Origin: an uncultured Bacillota bacterium
GTDB taxonomy: Bacteria > Sysuimicrobiota > Sysuimicrobiia > Sysuimicrobiales > Segetimicrobiaceae
Assembly (NCBI GenBank): GCA_963804645.1
Contig: CAWDRG010000017.1
Coordinates: 608,001-672,000, forward strand
Reading direction: 5' to 3'
DNA: 64,000 bases
The number at the start of each line of letters is the position of its first letter. The stretch's first letter is position 1. The notes under the pieces were generated by a model that saw only the letters and a program-made list of their open reading frames with translations, ran no database searches and was not told the DNA's origin. This document shows positions 57,915-64,000 of the stretch, piece by piece. The translations under genes were made by a program, and so were the position numbers.

Positions 57915-60200
57915 TCAGGACGCGGGCTGGCCTCGGAGCTGTAGCGCGGCCTTGACCCGCACGGGCGTGAACGGAACCGTGCGCAGCCGCGCCCCCGTCG
58001 CGTCGAAGATCGCGTTCGCGATCGCCGGCGCGGTGGTGACCGTCGCGGGCTCCCCGGCGCCCGCCGGCGGCAGCTCAGGATGGCTGATGAGGACGGTCTC
58101 GACGCTGTCGGGCACATCCGGCGCGCGCAGGATCGGATAGGTCACCCAGTCCACGCTGGTCACGCCGGAGGGCCCGAACCGGACCTCCTCCATCAGCGCC
58201 CGGCTCGTCGATTGAATCACGTTCGCCTCGATGGTCCCCCGCAGTCCGTCGGGGTTGATGATCAATCCGCAGTCGTGCGCCACGACGACGCGGGGCACCC
58301 GGACCTCGCCGGTGGTCTGGTTCACCTCCACCTCGACGACGGTCGCGACGCGCGTCCCGCCCCTCGGCGCATAGGCGATGCCGCGTCCCACGGCCAGGCC
58401 GGCTCGCGATCTCCCGCTCTTGGGCGACGGGCGCGTGTCCCACCCCGCCTGCTGCGCGGCCGCGCGCACGACCGCGAGATCGCGCGGATCCTTGAGATAG
58501 CGCAGCCGGAACTCGACCGGGTCCATCCCGACGGCCGCCGCCATCTCATCGACGAACGACTCGCCGCCAAAGGTCGTGGCCGGCTGGCTGGGCGCCCGCA
58601 GGTTCGCGGTGCGCAGCGGCGACGTGTTCTGCGCCCACGGCACGATCTCGCCGATCTTGCGCTTGGCGGGAAACGCATAGTTCTCCTGAAATGTCGTCGG
58701 GACGTCGACCCCGTTCGCCGACAGCCCGGCCAGCTGCCCGGCCAGCATATCTCCCGCGGTCGCGGGGCTGGCGGGAATTCCGCTTCCCGAGAAGGCGCGC
58801 GCGGTGTAGTCCCACGCGACCACCGCACCGCGGTCGTCCAGGCCCGCGCGCACCGCCATCACCACCGGGGGCCCCTTCGGATCCCAGGCCGTGTCGTCCG
58901 CCCGCATCCACTGCACCCGCACCGGCCTGCCGACGGCCTGCGAGAGCAGGGCCGCGTCGCCGGGCACGTCTTCCGCCCCGCTGCGTCCGTAGGACCCGGC
59001 GCCCTCGACCCAAATTACGTGCACCGCGCTGGCCGACATCCCGAGCAGCTCGGCGATACCCCGCTGCAGCTGGTGCGGATGCTGAGTGCTCGACCAGACC
59101 GTCGCCCCGCCGTCCCGGACGTCCACGACGGCGCAGCCGGGTCCCATCATCGCGTGCGCCTGGAACGGCCATTGGTAGCGGGCCTCGACCGTGCGCGACG
59201 CCGACTTGAACGCCGCGTCAACGTCGCCCACCTGTCCCATCGTCCGGCGGGTCGTGGGCGACATCGCCCACATCGCCGTGTAGAGGCCGTCCATCGCCGG
59301 CCACGTCGCGGTCGACGTCGACCACGTGACCTTGACCGACCGAGCCGCCTGGATCGCCTGCCATTCGTTCTCCGCGACGACCCCGACGAAGTTGCCCTTG
59401 GTCACGACCTTGATCAACCCGGGAAGCCCCTGTGCCCCGTCGACGCGCACCAATGTGGCGCCGGGCACCGGCGGCCGAATCACCCGACCGTGGACCATCC
59501 CGGGCACCCGCACGTCCACGATGTAGGTAAACTGGGCCGTCGCCTTGGGGGGAATATCGAAACGCGGGACGGCCGTGCCGACGATCGTGTACTCGCTCGG
59601 GGATTTCGGCTGTGCGGTGCCGGTCGCGCCGAGCGAGAAGCTGCTCCCGCTCGTCTGCAGCGTCACGTCGAAGCGCCGCCCGCCGATCAAGTCCCCGTAG
59701 GACACGCTCTTCGACGGGTCATCCGCCTCCTGCACGACGCCGTTCCGGACCACGAGGCGATCGGGCGCCACGCCGAGGCGGGCCGATGCGAGTTCGAGCA
59801 GCACCCGCCGGCCCTCCGCGGCGGCCTGGCGAATCGGCCTCGAGCCGACCGCGATCGAGGTGCTCCCGCCCACGCCGCCCTGATCGGGCGTCCGCGCGGT
59901 ATCGCCCAGGACCAGCGAGACCGCCCGCACCGGCACGTCCAGCTCCTCGGCGACGATCTGCGCAAATGCCGTCGAGACACCCATCCCCAGCTCGACCTTG
60001 TCGGTGAACACGGTCACGCTGCCGTCTTGCGCGATGGCCAGCCACGAGTCGACCTCGTTGGGGGCCGCTGCCGACGCCGCGCCGGCGGCGTTGGGATCCC
60101 ACCCGGCCACCGCCGCCGGCATGGCGAACCCGACCACGATCGCGCCGGAGGCCTTGAGGAACTGACGTCGCGAGAGGCTCTGCGACTGCGTCATGGTCAT
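57915..60200 (-). CDS. Xanthine-oxidase-family molybdopterin-binding subunit (IorB/nicotinate dehydrogenase-like), Tat-exported
   Basis: SRRQFLK, ELGMG, AEEL, GSYGR, DCG.IINP, GAGEP, NAIFDATG. Confidence 0.93.
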   Translation of the reverse strand: MTMTQSQSLSRRQFLKASGAIVVGFAMPAAVAGWDPNAAGAASAAAPNEVDSWLAIAQDGSVTVFTDKVELGMGVSTAFAQIVAEELDVPVRAVSLVLGDTARTPDQGGVGGSTSIAVGSRPIRQAAAEGRRVLLELASARLGVAPDRLVVRNGVVQEADDPSKSVSYGDLIGGRRFDVTLQTSGSSFSLGATGTAQPKSPSEYTIVGTAVPRFDIPPKATAQFTYIVDVRVPGMVHGRVIRPPVPGATLVRVDGAQGLPGLIKVVTKGNFVGVVAENEWQAIQAARSVKVTWSTSTATWPAMDGLYTAMWAMSPTTRRTMGQVGDVDAAFKSASRTVEARYQWPFQAHAMMGPGCAVVDVRDGGATVWSSTQHPHQLQRGIAELLGMSASAVHVIWVEGAGSYGRSGAEDVPGDAALLSQAVGRPVRVQWMRADDTAWDPKGPPVVMAVRAGLDDRGAVVAWDYTARAFSGSGIPASPATAGDMLAGQLAGLSANGVDVPTTFQENYAFPAKRKIGEIVPWAQNTSPLRTANLRAPSQPATTFGGESFVDEMAAAVGMDPVEFRLRYLKDPRDLAVVRAAAQQAGWDTRPSPKSGRSRAGLAVGRGIAYAPRGGTRVATVVEVEVNQTTGEVRVPRVVVAHDCGLIINPDGLRGTIEANVIQSTSRALMEEVRFGPSGVTSVDWVTYPILRAPDVPDSVETVLISHPELPPAGAGEPATVTTAPAIANAIFDATGARLRTVPFTPVRVKAALQLRGQPAS

Positions 60201-60736
60201 GCTCCTCCCGTCCCCGCGGCCCGCTTCACCGCCCGCAGGATGCGCATGTGCGCGCCACAGCGGCAAATCAGCCCCGAGAGCGCCGATCGGATCTCCCCGT
60301 CGCTCGGATGCGGGTTCGTGGCTAAGAGCGCGGTCGTGGTCATGATCCAGCCGTTGATGCAGTATCCGCACTGCATCGCCTGCTCCGCAATGAACGCCTG
60401 CTGCACCGGATGCGGGTGCTCGAGCGTCCCGAGCCCTTCCAGCGTCGTGATCGGCTGATCGCCGACGGCGGACACCGGCAGGCTGCAGGACCGCAGGGCC
60501 GCCCCCGCGAGGAGCACGGTGCACGCTCCGCACTGCCCGAGTCCGCAGCCAAACCGCGGTCCGTGGAGCTGCAGTTCGTCGCGCAGGACGTACAGGAGGG
60601 GCGTATCGGGCGCCACCGTGACCGAGTGCGCCGTCCCGTTGACCGTGAGCTTGAAGGAGTTCATGGGGCCCGACGCTGGGGCCGCCGCCAGTATCCCGAC
60701 CTGGCCAGACCCGCGACTGACGGGATCTCCGCTCAT
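60197..60736 (-). CDS. 2x[2Fe-2S] small subunit (IorA/CoxS-like); start 60736 or 60664
   Basis: GCGLGQCGACTV, QCGYC, CRCG. Confidence 0.94.
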   Translation of the reverse strand: MSGDPVSRGSGQVGILAAAPASGPMNSFKLTVNGTAHSVTVAPDTPLLYVLRDELQLHGPRFGCGLGQCGACTVLLAGAALRSCSLPVSAVGDQPITTLEGLGTLEHPHPVQQAFIAEQAMQCGYCINGWIMTTTALLATNPHPSDGEIRSALSGLICRCGAHMRILRAVKRAAGTGGA

Positions 60737-60871
60737 CGCACTTCACCTCCAACAGACCGACCGGGACTGAGACTCTTTTAATGGATACTCTCTACCGCTA
60801 CATTGACATGAAACTCCCGCGATGTCACGCCCGTGTCACACGGGGCCGCATGACGGCCGCGGTGCGTGTCG

Positions 60872-61285
60872 CTAGCGTCCTCGCTCGGCTTCGCGGAGCA
60901 CGTTGAGCGCGGCCTGCGATTCACCGGCGACCGTCGACCAGTCTGCTCCGTCGGCGATGTCGTGATTGGAGTGTTGCGACACCTCATAGATCAGCGCAAG
61001 CGCCGACTTCACGCGGGCGAGTTCTTCCGCCGCGAGCCGCACCGCCGCCGCCGCGACGACTGCGGTCGACATCGCAGGGCCCGTCGACGTCTCGGAGACC
61101 GCCCGCAGGGCGTCGCGATACGCGCGCCGCATCGCCATGTCGACCTCCACGCGGGAACGGACCCGCGCCGCGCCGCGGCGAGGCGCCGCGGCCTTCCGGG
61201 CGGCGATGATCCGCGCGCTGCACCGCTCGATCCGCTTCTCCAGATACAGTTGCACCGACTCCACGCCGCTCAATCCACGCTCCAT
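60872..61285 (-). CDS. Hypothetical helical protein
   Basis: GGAGGTG RBS; no recognisable motif. Confidence 0.55.
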   Translation of the reverse strand: MERGLSGVESVQLYLEKRIERCSARIIAARKAAAPRRGAARVRSRVEVDMAMRRAYRDALRAVSETSTGPAMSTAVVAAAAVRLAAEELARVKSALALIYEVSQHSNHDIADGADWSTVAGESQAALNVLREAERGR

Positions 61286-61528
61286 CGGTCACCTCCCTAG
61301 GCTCAATCGCCTGCCGTGACCGCGGGCCCCGCCTGCGTTGGCGCGGACACGCGCGGTCAGGCCCTCGTGCCACGTGCTCCCGCGGTCCAGGGCGTCCGCA
61401 TCGCGGCACCATCATCCGGCGTCGCCCGCCTCCCCGGCCGAGGGGGTGCTGGTGGATACGCGGCCCGCGCGGCGAGCTCCTGGTCGCGCGGCGAAGGCAG
61501 TCCTTCACCGCGCACGTGATCCCCGCGA

Positions 61529-62512
61529 TCAGCCCGCAAGATGAAGCCGAGGCTGGACCTCGTCGAGGAACCGCCGGATTTGGACGGGACCGTCCCACGC
61601 CGCAAACCGCAGGATCGGCACCCGGCAGCCCGCGTCGACGTAGGCCTGAATGCGGTCCGCGACGGCTTCGGCCGGGCCGGCCGCCAGCCACACGCGGAGA
61701 AACGTCTCGTCGATGGGCCCGTAGTACTCGGTCAGAAACCGCACCCCATCGTCCCACGCCCGGCGCGCATTCTCGTTCACGTTGATCATCATGTGATAGG
61801 ACGTCGGGAACGCACGCGGGTCCCGACCGGCGTCGACCAGACACCGGGACAGGAGCGCCCACCTGGCCGCGAACTCCGCCGGCGTGGGACCCCCGTCGGT
61901 CATCCAGCCGTCGGCGAGCGCGGCGACCCGCGCGCACTGCCGCAGCGCGAGATCGGGCCGTCCGAGATTCGGGTCGTTCGCGATCCAGATCGGCATCGGC
62001 TGCTGCACCGGCCGCGGTTCCAGCACCAGGTCCTCGAATTGGTAGTACGTCCCCCGGTGCGAGACCGGCGCAGCGTTCCACAGTTTCCGGACAATGTCGA
62101 TTCCCTCTTCGAACCGCGCGACTCGCTCGGCCGGCCGGAACGCCATCGCGCGCACCTCGCTGGCCGCCGCCCCCATGCCCATCCCGCCGCTCGCGCCCAT
62201 GCACGCGCAGAACAAGGCGCGCCCCGCGCTGATCACGTCCAGACTCGCCCACTGGACCGCGAACACGATCGGGTGGCGGTAGACAAAACTGGCCATGCAG
62301 GCGGTCCCGAGCTTGACGTGCCGTGTCCTCGCCGCAATGGCGGAGAGGAGCGCGACCGCCTCCAGGCGCGGCTTGGCAAGCAGGCTGTCTCCGACCCACA
62401 CCGAGTCGAAGACCCCGGAGCGGTCGGCAATCTCGCTGAGCGAGAGGATTTCCTCCACGGAGATCGCGCCGAACAAGACGCCCCGATTGGGCAGGCTGAG
62501 CCCCAGTCCCAT
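61529..62512 (-). CDS. LLM-class flavin/F420-dependent oxidoreductase
   Basis: DSVWVGDS, A.T..VKLGT, LD.IS.GR, PRPVQ..PIW, ADGW. Confidence 0.92.
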   Translation of the reverse strand: MGLGLSLPNRGVLFGAISVEEILSLSEIADRSGVFDSVWVGDSLLAKPRLEAVALLSAIAARTRHVKLGTACMASFVYRHPIVFAVQWASLDVISAGRALFCACMGASGGMGMGAAASEVRAMAFRPAERVARFEEGIDIVRKLWNAAPVSHRGTYYQFEDLVLEPRPVQQPMPIWIANDPNLGRPDLALRQCARVAALADGWMTDGGPTPAEFAARWALLSRCLVDAGRDPRAFPTSYHMMINVNENARRAWDDGVRFLTEYYGPIDETFLRVWLAAGPAEAVADRIQAYVDAGCRVPILRFAAWDGPVQIRRFLDEVQPRLHLAG

Positions 62513-62796
62513 GGAATCCCTCTCATCTCGGCGGTGTCGACCCCTGCGGTGCGCGACCGTGGACCGCCCGCTGCGACTCGGCGATCGCTCCGGGCGCGGT
62601 GCTAGCTTCTGTAGGCTCCGCTCGCTTCCTGTCGCGGCGCGGGCTCCGGCGGAGTATCCAGCGCGCCCCGTGCTCGCCGTGCCGCGCCAACAGGGTCCCC
62701 TCCTCGCCTCAGAGAAGCGTCTCCCGGCGCTCGCAGTGATCGGAGTGCGGTGCGGCGGGCGCATCCGGCCCGCCCCGTAACCCTCAGGAGGCGCGC

Positions 62797-64000
62797 ATGC
62801 GCACGGACCTGTGTGCCGTCGTCGAGCGGCTGCACGATCGCGGCTATGCCGCGGACACCCTGGTGACGCTCGCGCGCACACCGACCGACGTGCCGCTCGG
62901 CGAGAACGAGATCGAGCCGACCGACCCAAAGATCACCCACTACGTCCACGACGTCGTCCGGCCGCTGCTCGACGCCTTGGGCGTCGACGACCTCATCGTG
63001 GACGAACTTAACAACGTGGTCTGCCGCGTCGGACGCGGCGTCTCGTCTCGGAGCCTCCTGCTGATGACGTACACGACGGCCCAGCATGGGAACTACACGA
63101 ACCCGGAGCTGGAGGGGCAGACCGTGCAGGGAGGGCCGTACGGGTTCGACGGCGACTGCGTCGTCGGCCGAGGCACCAGCCAGAATAAGGGCGCGCTCGC
63201 CGCCGCTCTCGCTGCGCTCCGGATCGTCCGGGCCGCGGCCCCGGATCTTGCGGGCACGCTGGTCTTCGCGCTGAACGCCGAGGGGCAGTCGTCGCACCGC
63301 TGCTCGCGCCGCATCCTCGACGGCCACGGCATCCACGCCGACATGGGCCTGCTGGCCATCGGGACGGAACAGATCGTCATCGGGCACCGCGGGCGGGTCG
63401 ACGTGGAGGTGACGATTCGCGGCGAGCCGGGGCACAGCAGCGAGCCCGAGCGCGCGACGAACGCGATCTGGGGTCTCAAGGAGACGCTCGTGCGTCTCGA
63501 CGCGCTGAAGCAGCGCCTCACGGGACGCCATCCGGTCCTCGGCGGAGAACAGCTGGAACCCTACAAACTCGTGACCCGGCCGATCGCGCCCCACACCATC
63601 CCGGGAGAGGCCGCGCTGACGCTCGATCGGCGGCTGCTGCCGGGCACCGATCCGGACGAGGCGACCGCGCAGGTCCGCCGGGCCCTGGGAGACATCCCGC
63701 CCTGCACCCTCGAGGTGCGGACGGGCGTCTATCACCTCCCCTACCTGGTGTCGCCCGATCTCCCGCACGTCCGGTCGTTGGCGTCCGCGCACGAGCGGAT
63801 CCGAGGTCGCGCCCCCGAGGTCGGGTGCGTGCCCTATGCGTTCGACGCCGGGTACGCCAACGCCAGCGGGATCCCCACGGTCATGTTCGGACCGGCGGCG
63901 ACGCCTCCCCCGACGGACGGACGGCGGCTGCTCGGGACGGAGATGATCCCCGTCGGGGCCGTGCACGACTTTGCGAAGATCTACGCGTGCGCGATCCTGG
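62797..64000 (+). CDS. M20/ArgE-DapE-fold protein (runs off window; absent from the ORF track)
   Basis: AGGAGG RBS, ATG 62797, open to the end: GRGTSQNKG, GHRG, GHSS.P...NAI, DRRLLPG, FDAG, GIPTVMFGP. Confidence 0.85.
   Translation, partial: MRTDLCAVVERLHDRGYAADTLVTLARTPTDVPLGENEIEPTDPKITHYVHDVVRPLLDALGVDDLIVDELNNVVCRVGRGVSSRSLLLMTYTTAQHGNYTNPELEGQTVQGGPYGFDGDCVVGRGTSQNKGALAAALAALRIVRAAAPDLAGTLVFALNAEGQSSHRCSRRILDGHGIHADMGLLAIGTEQIVIGHRGRVDVEVTIRGEPGHSSEPERATNAIWGLKETLVRLDALKQRLTGRHPVLGGEQLEPYKLVTRPIAPHTIPGEAALTLDRRLLPGTDPDEATAQVRRALGDIPPCTLEVRTGVYHLPYLVSPDLPHVRSLASAHERIRGRAPEVGCVPYAFDAGYANASGIPTVMFGPAATPPPTDGRRLLGTEMIPVGAVHDFAKIYACAIL

Noticed and set aside
1..64000. Hundreds of long overlapping Arg/Ala/Pro-rich ORFs in the track
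   Set aside because: Shadow and antisense frames expected at high GC; no motifs, and they overlap well-supported genes.

Overview
A high-GC bacterial window, densely coding and dominated by accessory metabolic genes. Main blocks: the tail of a 2-oxoacid dehydrogenase E2 gene plus a creatininase; an arsR-arsM-arsC-aquaporin arsenic operon with a visible promoter and operator; scattered biosynthetic genes (pyrF, nadC, an ilvC paralog); an ICL/PEP-mutase-family lyase + LeuC/LeuD-like + atypical DRE-TIM operon; a peptide-type ABC system with a ceramidase-like hydrolase, aminotransferases and an ALDH; a sugar ABC system with a ceramidase-like hydrolase, an isomerase-like protein, an enolase and an SDR; a Tat-exported Mo-hydroxylase pair; an LLM; and an M20-like gene running off the right edge. 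There are many scars: an IS1380 remnant with a passenger methyltransferase splitting a membrane gene, an MgtC/DUF4010 pseudogene, hydantoinase and SDR stubs, a stub paralog and two frameshifts. Non-coding signals not explained by the genes are a 3-copy ~40-nt same-orientation repeat (two copies bracket one AT-richer gene), a recurring CAGG-N18/19-GAA sigmaH-like promoter motif, and a 112-nt rod-like hairpin. No rRNA, tRNA, CRISPR array or intact integrase/transposase was seen. All calls come from reading motifs by eye; no searches were run.
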